Of a DNA stretch of 64,000 bases, positions 11,591 through 23,100 are shown piece by piece; the stretch's first letter is position 1, and every line of letters begins with the position of its first letter. This stretch comes from Nemertoderma westbladi. Taxonomy: Eukaryota > Animalia > Xenacoelomorpha. The stretch covers positions 1-64,000 of the forward strand of contig JAUCBJ010001695.1 in NCBI GenBank assembly GCA_032718475.1, given 5' to 3'. The notes beneath the pieces were generated by a model. It was not told where the DNA came from. It ran no database searches and saw nothing but the letters and a program-made list of their open reading frames with translations. The translations under genes and the position numbers were made by a program.

Positions 11591-14500
11591 CCTCTACAGC
11601 TACACTGTTAGTGTATGGTTGGCCGAACCTCTACAGCTACACTGTTAGTGTATGGTTGGCCGAACCTCTACAGCTACACTGTTAGTGTATGGTTGGCCGA
11701 ACCTCAACAGCTACACTGTTAGTGTATGGTTGGCCGAACCTCTACAGCTACACTGTTAGTGTATGGTTGGCCGAACCTCTACAGCTACACTGTTAGTGTA
11801 TGGTTGGCCGAACCTCTACAGCTACACTGTTAGTGTATGGTTGGCCGAACCTCTACAGCTACACTGTTAGTGTATGGTTGGCCGAACCTCAACAGCTACA
11901 CTGTTAGTGTATGGTTGGCCAAACCTCTACAGCTACACTGTTAGCGTATGGTTGGCCGAACCTCTACAGCTACACTGTTAGTGTATGGTTGGCCGAACCT
12001 CTACAGCTACACTGTTAGTGTATGGTTGGCCGAACCTCTACAGCTACACTGTTAGTGTATGGTTGGCCGAACCTCTACAGCTACACTGTTAGTGTATGGT
12101 TGGCCGAACCTCTACAGCTACACTGTTAGTGTATGGTTGGCCGAACCTCTACAGCTACACTGTTAGTGTATGGTTGGCCGAACCTCTACAGCTACATTGT
12201 TAGTGTATGGTTGGCCGAACCTCTACAGCTACACTGTTAGTGTATGGTTGGCCGAACCTCTACAGCTACACTGTTAGTGTATGGTTGGCCGAACCTCTAC
12301 AGCTACACTGTTAGTGTATGGTTGGCCGAACCTCTACAGCTACACTGTTAGTGTATGGTTGGCCGAACCTCCAAAGCTACACTGTTAGTGTATGGTTGGC
12401 CGAACCTCTACAGCTACACTGTTAGTGTATGGTTGGCCGAACCTCTACAGCTACACTGTTAGTGTATGGTTGGCCGAACCTCTACAGCTACACTGTTAGT
12501 GTATGGTTGGCCGAACCTCTACAGCTACACTGTTAGTGTATGGTTGGCCGAACCTCAACAGCTACACTGTTAGTGTATGGTTGGCCGAACCTCTACAGCT
12601 ACACTATTAGTGTATGGTTGGCCGAACCTCTACAGCTACACTTTTAGTGTATGGTTGGCCGAACCTCTACAGCTACACTGTTAGTGTATGGTTGGCCGAA
12701 CCTCTACAGCTACACTGTTAGTGTATGGTTGGCCGAACCTCTACAGCTACACTGCTAGTGTATGGTTGGCCGAACCTCTACAGCTACACTGTTAGTGTAT
12801 GGTTGGCCGAACCTCTACAGCTACACTGTTAGTGTATGGTTGGCCGAACCTCTATAGCTACACTGTTAGTGTATGGTTGGCCGAACCTCAACAGCTACAC
12901 TGTTAGTGTATGGTTGGCCGAACCTCTACAGCTACACTGTTAGTGTATGGTTGGCCGAACCTCTATAGCTACACTGTTAGTGTATGGTTGGCCGAACCTC
13001 AACAGCTACACTGTTAGTGTATGGTTGGCCGAACCTCAACAGCTACACTGTTAGTGTATGGTTGGCCAAACCTCTACAGCTACACTGTTAGTGTATGGTT
13101 GGCCGAACCTCTACAGCTATGCTGTTAGTGTATGGTTGGCCGAACCTCTACAGCTACACTGTTAGTGTATGGTTGGCCGAACCTCTACAGCTACACTGTT
13201 AGTGTATGGTTGGCCGAACCTCTACAGCTACACTGTTAGTGTATGGTTGGCCGAACCTCTACAGCTACACTGTTAGTGTATGGTTGGCCGAACCTCTACA
13301 GCTACACTGTTAGTGTATGGTTGGCCGAACCTCAACAGCTACACTGTTAGTGTATGGTTGGCCGAACCTCAACAGCTACACTGTTAGTGTATGGTTGGCC
13401 GAACCTCTACAGCTATGCTGTTAGTGTATGGTTGGCCGAACCTCTACAGCTACACTGTTAGTGTATGGTTGGCCGAACCTCTACAGCTACACTGTTAGTG
13501 TATGGTTGGCCGAACCTCTACAGCTACACTGTTAGTGTATGGTTGGCCGAACCTCTACAGCTACACTGTTAGTGTATGGTTGGCCGAACCTCTACAGCTA
13601 CACTGTTAGTGTATGGTTGGCCGAACCTCTACAGCTACACTGTTAGTGTATGGTTGGCCGAACCTCTACAGCTACACTGTTAGTGTATGGTTGGCCGAAC
13701 CTCTACAGCTACACTGTTAGTGTATGGTTGGCCGAACCTCTACAGCTACACTGTTAGTGTATGGTTGGCCGAACCTCAACAGCTACACTGTTAGTGTATG
13801 GTTGGCCAAACCTCTACAGCTACACTGTTAGTGTATGGTTGGCCGAACCTCTACAGTCTATTAGTGTATGGTTGGCCGAACCTCTATAGCTACACTGTTA
13901 GTGTATGGTTGGCCGAACCTCAACAGCTACACTGTTAGTGTATGGTTGGCCGAACCTCTACAGCTACACTGTTAGTGTATGGTTGGCCAAACCTCTACAG
14001 CTACACTGTTAGTGTATGGTTGGCCGAACCTCTACAGCTACACTGTTAGTGTATGGTTGGCCGAACCTCTACAGCTACACTGTTAGTGTATGGTTGGCCG
14101 AACCTCTACAGCTACACTGTTAGTGTATGGTTGGCCGAACCTCTACAGCTACACTGTTAGTGTATGGTTGGCCGAACCTCTACAGCTACACTGTTAGTGT
14201 ATGGTTGGCCGAACCTCTACAGCTACACTGTTAGTGTATGGTTGGCCGAACCTCAACAGCTACACTGTTAGTGTATGGTTGGCCAAACCTCTACAGCTAC
14301 ACTGTTAGTGTATGGTTGGCCGAACCTCTACAGCTATGCTGTTAGTGTATGGTTGGCCGAACCTCTACAGCTACACTGTTAGTGTATGGTTGGCCGAAAC
14401 TCTACAGCTACACTGTTAGTGTATGGTTGGCCGAACCTCTACAGCTACACTGTTAGTGTATGGTTGGCCGAACCTGTACAGCTACACTGTTAGTGTATGG

Positions 14501-15807
14501 TTGGCCGAACCTCTACAGCTACACTGTTAGTGTATGGTTGGCCGAACCTCTACAGCTACACTGTTAGTGTATGGTTGGCCGAACCTCAACAGCTACACTG
14601 TTAGTGTATGGTTGGCCGAAACTCTACAGCTACACTGTTAGTGTATGGTTGGCCGAACCTCTACAGCTACACTGTTAGTGTATGGTTGGCCGAACCTCTA
14701 CAGCTACACTGTTAGTGTATGGTTGGCCGAACCTCTACAGCTACACTGTTAGTGTATGGTTGGCCGAACCTCAACAGCTACACTGTTAGTGTATGGTTGG
14801 CCAAACCTCTACAGCTACACTGTTAGTGTATGGTTGGCCGAACCTCTACAGCTACACTGTTAGTGTATGGTTGGCCGAACCTCTACAGCTACACTGTTAG
14901 TGTATGGTTGGCCGAACCTCTACAGCTACACTGTTAGTGTATGGTTGGCCGAACCTCTACAGCTACACTGTTAGTGTATGGTTGGCCGAACCTCTACAGC
15001 TACACTGTTAGTGTATGGTTGGCCGAACCTCTACAGCTACACTGTTAGTGTATGGTTGGCCGAACCTCTACAGCTACACTGTTAGTGTATGGTTGGCCGA
15101 ACCTCTACAGCTACACTGTTAGTGTATGGTTGGCCGAACCTCTACAGCTACACTGTTAGTGTATGGTTGGCCGAACCTCTACAGCTACACTGTTAGTGTA
15201 TGGTTGGCCGAACCTCTACAGCTACACTGTTAGTGTATGGTTGGCCGAACCTCTACAGCTACACTGTTAGTGTATGGTTGGCCGAACCTCTACAGCTACA
15301 CTGTTAGTGTATGGTTGGCCGAACCTCTACAGCTACACTGTTAGTGTATGGTTGGCCGAACCTCTACAGCTACACTGTTAGTGTATGGTTGGCCGAACCT
15401 CTACAGCTACACTGTTAGTGTATGGTTGGCCGAACCTCTACAGCTACACTGTTAGTGTATGGTTGGCCGAACCTCAACAGCTACACTGTTAGTGTATGGT
15501 TGGCCAAACCTCTACAGCTACACTGTTAGTGTATGGTTGGCCGAACCTCTACAGCTACACTGTTAGTGTATGGTTGGTTGGCCGAACCTCTACAGCTACA
15601 CTGTTAGTGTATGGTTGGCCGAACCTCTACAGCTACACTGTTAGTGTATGGTTGGCCGAACCTCTACAGCTACACTGTTAGTGTATGGTTGGCCGAACCT
15701 CTACAGCTACACTGTTAGTGTCAGGTTGGCCGAACCTCTACAGCTACACTGTTAGTGTATGGTTGGCCTTACCTCTACAGCTACACTGTTAGTGTATGGT
15801 TGCCCAA
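11591..15807. repeat. Satellite B, main array (~114 x 37 bp, highly homogeneous)
   Basis: Head-to-tail 37-bp units with a few recurring variants (CTCAAC, GGCCAAAC, GCTATGCT, CTATAGC); the last three units are degenerate. Confidence 0.98.
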
Positions 15808-16404
15808 GGTTCAAGATGAAATCCGAGCAATTATCGGCCTATCCTTAACACCCCTTCCCTACTTGTGAAAGTCATGGAAACTATAATTAGATATACAATG
15901 ATTTCATTCTTGTTACGCACAAACAGAGGCGTAGCGAGCCCTTATGGCGCCCAGGGGAATGAAGCTGAGATGGCGACCCCCCCCCCCCCCCCCCCCCCTT
16001 ACCATCAATAATCTTTACTTTTCCTTTACGACGTTGTTTTCTTAAATATTATATATCTAACAGTATACTGTAACTATATAACATCTATTTTCAACAAGTT
16101 TGAGTGTTTGAGTGTACTTATATTATATAGAAAGGCGAGCGAAGCGAGCAGAGAAAATTTTTCCACATTTTCTCTTATGTCACAATGTCTGGTATACAAT
16201 AAATCACAATCCCTGACTATTCACTGATTTGTCCTATTTTTACAAGAATTCTCTGACATTTTTCAAGACATTTCAGCGTCCCTGGGTGAGTGCGCCCAGG
16301 GGAACGTCCCCCCCCCCCCCATCGCAACGCCTCTGCGCACAAATGCAATCAGTAAACACCAACATGGTTTCCTTAAAAAGAGGTCTACGTTTACACAGCT
16401 GCTT
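15808..16404 (+). mobile_element. Short CR1-like LINE RT fragment, split by a MITE
   Basis: Removing the MITE and one TSD copy gives PSNYRP...SLLVKVMETIIRYTMISFLLRTNAISKHQHGFLKKRSTFTQLL, matching the CR1 NYRPIS..KVME..QHGF..RS..TQLL region. This is not in the ORF track. Confidence 0.82.
15924..16335. mobile_element. Non-autonomous hAT-type DNA transposon (MITE), 412 bp
   Basis: TIRs CAGAGGCGTAGCGA / TCGCAACGCCTCTG (13/14 match); perfect 8-bp TSD CGCACAAA at 15916-15923 and 16336-16343; subterminal poly-C tracts and a repeated GCGCCCAGGGGAA motif. Confidence 0.93.
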
Positions 16405-16409
16405 GTAAG

Positions 16410-17193
16410 TTTACTTTACTGACTTTTATAGTCTCTTTGGGCAAGCTCGGTAAACGCGTTTAACATTTATCACAAATTAATTTCGGCTAATTTTGGCGTT
16501 CATTCCTGGCCAATAGAGGATGGCACCGCGCGTTCGTTAATGTTGACACCGACTATTCCTGCTTGGATTGCGGTGAGAGTAGTTGCATTAACGCTAATGT
16601 CGCTCACCGAAGTATCCGTGTCTGGGTCGTCTACTGGCGATAGACTGAGGCAATCTGCTATGAGATGTTTTTTTCCCGGTTGCCATTTAATATTAAACTG
16701 ATATTTCGATTGTAGAGTTGCTTTAAAACGTTGCAGTTTAGCGTTGTCTACTTGGTTTAACGTATAACTATTAAATATGGGTAAAAGTGGTCTATGGTCT
16801 GTTATAACTTCGAATGGCAGAATGGGGGAAGTCCGGCAAGGTAGATATGGCATTGTAGAGTTCGCATATTTAATTGCTAATGCCTCGAGTTCTATTACAG
16901 CCCATCGTGACTCATTGTCAGTAAAAAATCGACTACCACATGTTATTAACCGCCATTCGTTGTTGTCCTTTTGTAATAGGCTGTACCCGAGGCCGTGTAG
17001 ACGGCTGGCGTTGGTTTCCAGCCGAGGTTCGCGGGAGGGATGGAATATCGCCAGTAGAGGTTTACTTAATTTGTCTTTCGTATTATTAAATGCCTTGGTA
17101 TGGGTTGCACCCCATATGAATTCGTTTTTTGTTTTAAGTAACTCCCGCAATAGACCTGCAGCCATGCTGATTTTGGATGAGAATCCGGCTAGC
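16410..17193 (-). mobile_element. Ty3/Gypsy LTR retrotransposon pol fragment (RT connection, RNase H, start of integrase zinc finger)
   Basis: ORF 16500..17165 carries FIWG..H..AF, ETNASRLHGLGYSLLQ, CGSRFFTDNESRWAVIELEALAI, ITDHRPLL and PGKKHLIADCLS. Downstream in shifted frames are LYWPGMN and CDKC*TRLPSLPKE (integrase HHCC region), joined after an internal deletion. Confidence 0.92.
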
Positions 17194-20100
17194 GGAAAAC
17201 ATCTGTCCCACTAATAGAACATAGGCGAACGGCGCACCAGTTAGGAAAACATCTGCCCCACTAATAGAACATAGCGAACGACGCACCAGTTAGGAAAACA
17301 TCTGCCCCACTAATAGAACATAGCGAACGACGCACCAGTTAGGAAAACATCTACCCCACTAATAGAACATAGGCGAACGACGCACCAGTTAGGAAAACAT
17401 CTGCCCCACTAATAGAACATAGGCGAACGGCGCACCAGTTAGGAAAACATCTGCCCCACTAATAGAACATAGCGAACGACGCACCAGTTAGGAAAACATC
17501 TGCCCCACTAATAGAACATAGCGAACGACGCACCAGTTAGGAAAACATCTGCCCCACTAATAGAACATAGCGAACGGCGCACCAGTTAGGAAAACATCTG
17601 CCCCACTAATAGAACATAATCGAACGGCGCACCAGTTAGGAAAACATCTGCCCCACTAATAGAACATAATCGAACGGCGCACCAGTTAGGAAAACATCTG
17701 CCCCACTAATAGAACATAGCGAACGGCGCACCAGTTAGGAAAACATCTGCCCCACTAATAGAACATAATCGAACGGCGCACCAGTTAGGAAAACATCTGC
17801 CCCACTAATAGAACATAGCGAACGACGCACCAGTTAGGAAAACATCTGCCCCACTAATAGAACATAGCGAACGACGCACCAGTTAGGAAAACATCTGCCC
17901 CACTAATAGAACATAGCGAACGGCGCACCAGTTAGGAAAACATCTGCCCCACTAATAGAACATAATCGAACGGCGCACCAGTTAGGAAAACATCTGCCCC
18001 ACTAATAGAACATAATCGAACGGCGCACCAGTTAGGAAAACATCTGCCCCACTAATAGAACATAGCGAACGGCGCACCAGTTAGGAAAACATCTGCCCCA
18101 CTAATAGAACATAGGCGAACGACGCACCAGTTAGGAAAACATCTGCCCCACTAATAGAACATAGGCGAACGACGCACCAGTTAGGAAAACATCTGCCCCA
18201 CTAATAGAACATAGGCGAACGGCGCACCAGTTAGGAAAACATCTGCCCCACTAATAGAACATAGCGAACGACGCACCAGTTAGGAAAACATCTGCCCCAC
18301 TAATAGAACATAGCGAACGACGCACCAGTTAGGAAAACATCTGCCCCACTAATAGAACATAGCGAACGGCGCACCAGTTAGGAAAACATCTGCCCCACTA
18401 ATAGAACATAGCGAACGACGCACCAGTTAGGAAAACATCTGCCCCACTAATAGAACATAGCGAACGGCGCACCAGTTAGGAAAACATCTGCCCCACTAAT
18501 AGAACATAATCGAACGGCGCACCAGTTAGGAAAACATCTGCCCCACTAATAGAACATAATCGAACGGCGCACCAGTTAGGAAAACATCTGCCCCACTAAT
18601 AGAACATAGCGAACGGCGCACCAGTTAGGAAAACATCTGCCCCACTAATAGAACATAATCGAACGGCGCACCAGTTAGGAAAACATCTGCCCCACTAATA
18701 GAACATAGCGAACGACGCACCAGTTAGGAAAACATCTGCCCCACTAATAGAACATAGCGAACGACGCACCAGTTAGGAAAACATCTGCCCCACTAATAGA
18801 ACATAGCGAACGGCGCACCAGTTAGGAAAACATCTGCCCCACTAATAGAACATAATCGAACGGCGCACCAGTTAGGAAAACATCTGCCCCACTAATAGAA
18901 CATAGGCGAACGGCGCACCAGTTAGGTAAACATCTGCCCCACTAATAGAACATAGCGAACGGCGCACCAGTTAGGAAAACATCTGCCCCACTAATAGAAC
19001 ATAATCGAACGGCGCACCAGTTAGGAAAACATCTGCCCCACTAATAGAACATAGCGAACGACGCACCAGTTAGGAAAACATCTGCCCCACTAATAGAACA
19101 TAGCGAACGACGCACCAGTTAGGAAAACATCTGCCCCACTAATAGAACATAGCGAACGACGCACCAGTTAGGAAAACATCTGCCCCACTAATAGAACATA
19201 GCGAACGGCGCACCAGTTAGGAAAACATCTGCCCCACTAATAGAACATAATCGAACGGCGCACCAGTTAGGAAAACATCTGCCCCACTAATAGAACATAG
19301 GCGAACGGCGCACCAGTTAGGTAAACATCTGCCCCACTAATAGAACATAGCGAACGACGCACCAGTTAGGAAAACATCTGCCCCACTAATAGAACATAGC
19401 GAACGACGCACCAGTTAGGAAAACATCTGCCCCACTAATAGAACATAGCGAACGACGCACCAGTTAGGAAAACATCTGCCCCACTAATAGAACATAATCG
19501 AACGGCGCACCAGTTAGGAAAACATCTGCCCCACTAATAGAACATAGCGAACGACGCACCAGTTAGGAAAACATCTGCCCCACTAATAGAACATAGCGAA
19601 CGACGCACCAGTTAGGAAAACATCTGCCCCACTAATAGAACATAGCGAACGACGCACCAGTTAGGAAAACATCTGCCCCACTAATAGAACATAGCGAACG
19701 GCGCACCAGTTAGGAAAACATCTGCCCCACTAATAGAACATAATCGAACGGCGCACCAGTTAGGAAAACATCTGCCCCACTAATAGAACATAGGCGAACG
19801 GCGCACCAGTTAGGTAAACATCTGCCCCACTAATAGAACATAGCGAACGACGCACCAGTTAGGAAAACATCTGCCCCACTAATAGAACATAGCGAACGGC
19901 GCACCAGTTAGGAAAACATCTGCCCCACTAATAGAACATAATCGAACGGCGCACCAGTTAGGAAAACATCTGCCCCACTAATAGAACATAGGCGAACGGC
20001 GCACCAGTTAGGTAAACATCTGCCCCACTAATAGAACATAGCGAACGGCGCACCAGTTAGGTAAACATCTGCCCCACTAATAGAACATAGCGAACGGCGC

Positions 20101-23100
20101 ACCAGTTAGGAAAACATCTGCCCCACTAATAGAACATAATCGAACGGCGCACCAGTTAGGAAAACATCTGCCCCACTAATAGAACATAGCGAACGACGCA
20201 CCAGTTAGGAAAACATCTGCCCCACTAATAGAACATAGCGAACGACGCACCAGTTAGGAAAACATCTGCCCCACTAATAGAACATAGCGAACGACGCACC
20301 AGTTAGGAAAACATCTGCCCCACTAATAGAACATAGCGAACGGCGCACCAGTTAGGAAAACATCTGCCCCACTAATAGAACATAATCGAACGGCGCACCA
20401 GTTAGGAAAACATCTGCCCCACTAATAGAACATAGGCGAACGGCGCACCAGTTAGGTAAACATCTGCCCCACTAATAGAACATAGCGAACGACGCACCAG
20501 TTAGGAAAACATCTGCCCCACTAATAGAACATAGCGAACGACGCACCAGTTAGGAAAACATCTGCCCCACTAATAGAACATAGCGAACGACGCACCAGTT
20601 AGGAAAACATCTGCCCCACTAATAGAACATAATCGAACGGCGCACCAGTTAGGAAAACATCTGCCCCACTAATAGAACATAGCGAACGACGCACCAGTTA
20701 GGAAAACATCTGCCCCACTAATAGAACATAGCGAACGACGCACCAGTTAGGAAAACATCTGCCCCACTAATAGAACATAGCGAACGACGCACCAGTTAGG
20801 AAAACATCTGCCCCACTAATAGAACATAGCGAACGGCGCACCAGTTAGGAAAACATCTGCCCCACTAATAGAACATAATCGAACGGCGCACCAGTTAGGA
20901 AAACATCTGCCCCACTAATAGAACATAGGCGAACGGCGCACCAGTTAGGTAAACATCTGCCCCACTAATAGAACATAGCGAACGACGCACCAGTTAGGAA
21001 AACATCTGCCCCACTAATAGAACATAGCGAACGGCGCACCAGTTAGGAAAACATCTGCCCCACTAATAGAACATAATCGAACGGCGCACCAGTTAGGAAA
21101 ACATCTGCCCCACTAATAGAACATAGGCGAACGGCGCACCAGTTAGGTAAACATCTGCCCCACTAATAGAACATAGCGAACGGCGCACCAGTTAGGAAAA
21201 CATCTGCCCCACTAATAGAACATAATCGAACGGCGCACCAGTTAGGAAAACATCTGCCCCACTAATAGAACATAGCGAACGACGCACCAGTTAGGAAAAC
21301 ATCTGCCCCACTAATAGAACATAGCGAACGACGCACCAGTTAGGAAAACATCTGCCCCACTAATAGAACATAGCGAACGACGCACCAGTTAGGAAAACAT
21401 CTGCCCCACTAATAGAACATAGCGAACGGCGCACCAGTTAGGAAAACATCTGCCCCACTAATAGAACATAATCGAACGGCGCACCAGTTAGGAAAACATC
21501 TGCCCCACTAATAGAACATAGGCGAACGGCGCACCAGTTAGGTAAACATCTGCCCCACTAATAGAACATAGCGAACGACGCACCAGTTAGGAAAACATCT
21601 GCCCCACTAATAGAACATAGCGAACGACGCACCAGTTAGGAAAACATCTGCCCCACTAATAGAACATAGCGAACGACGCACCAGTTAGGAAAACATCTGC
21701 CCCACTAATAGAACATAATCGAACGGCGCACCAGTTAGGAAAACATCTGCCCCACTAATAGAACATAGCGAACGACGCACCAGTTAGGAAAACATCTGCC
21801 CCACTAATAGAACATAGCGAACGACGCACCAGTTAGGAAAACATCTGCCCCACTAATAGAACATAGCGAACGACGCACCAGTTAGGAAAACATCTGCCCC
21901 ACTAATAGAACATAGCGAACGGCGCACCAGTTAGGAAAACATCTGCCCCACTAATAGAACATAATCGAACGGCGCACCAGTTAGGAAAACATCTGCCCCA
22001 CTAATAGAACATAGGCGAACGGCGCACCAGTTAGGTAAACATCTGCCCCACTAATAGAACATAGCGAACGACGCACCAGTTAGGAAAACATCTGCCCCAC
22101 TAATAGAACATAGCGAACGACGCACCAGTTAGGAAAACATCTGCCCCACTAATAGAACATAGCGAACGACGCACCAGTTAGGAAAACATCTGCCCCACTA
22201 ATAGAACATAATCGAACGGCGCACCAGTTAGGAAAACATCTGCCCCACTAATAGAACATAGCGAACGGCGCACCAGTTAGGAAAACATCTGCCCCACTAA
22301 TAGAACATAATCGAACGGCGCACCAGTTAGGAAAACATCTGCCCCACTAATAGAACATAGCGAACGACGCACCAGTTAGGAAAACATCTGCCCCACTAAT
22401 AGAACATAGCGAACGACGCACCAGTTAGGAAAACATCTGCCCCACTAATAGAACATAGCGAACGGCGCACCAGTTAGGAAAACATCTGCCCCACTAATAG
22501 AACATAATCGAACGGCGCACCAGTTAGGAAAACATCTGCCCCACTAATAGAACATAGGCGAACGGCGCACCAGTTAGGTAAACATCTGCCCCACTAATAG
22601 AACATAGCGAACGGCGCACCAGTTAGGAAAACATCTGCCCCACTAATAGAACATAATCGAACGGCGCACCAGTTAGGAAAACATCTGCCCCACTAATAGA
22701 ACATAGCGAACGACGCACCAGTTAGGAAAACATCTGCCCCACTAATAGAACATAGCGAACGACGCACCAGTTAGGAAAACATCTGCCCCACTAATAGAAC
22801 ATAGCGAACGACGCACCAGTTAGGAAAACATCTGCCCCACTAATAGAACATAGCGAACGGCGCACCAGTTAGGAAAACATCTGCCCCACTAATAGAACAT
22901 AATCGAACGGCGCACCAGTTAGGAAAACATCTGCCCCACTAATAGAACATAGGCGAACGGCGCACCAGTTAGGTAAACATCTGCCCCACTAATAGAACAT
23001 AGCGAACGGCGCACCAGTTAGGAAAACATCTGCCCCACTAATAGAACATAATCGAACGGCGCACCAGTTAGGAAAACATCTGCCCCACTAATAGAACATA

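Noticed and set aside
10030-15681. ORFs 10030..10218 and 15496..15681
   Set aside because: They are chance read-through of the 37-bp satellite.
9984-15807. 37-bp partly palindromic repeat resembling a CRISPR direct repeat
   Set aside because: The units are head-to-tail with no unique spacers, there are no cas genes, and the context is eukaryotic retroelements.
2171-15850. All three LINE RT fragments begin near the NYRP/FRGIS motif
   Set aside because: Only two are true 5' truncations and they differ by tens of codons; the third is cut by a satellite. The sample is too small to exclude coincidence.
16777-17214. 145-aa plus-strand ORF
   Set aside because: It is the antisense shadow of Gypsy RNase H running into the satellite.
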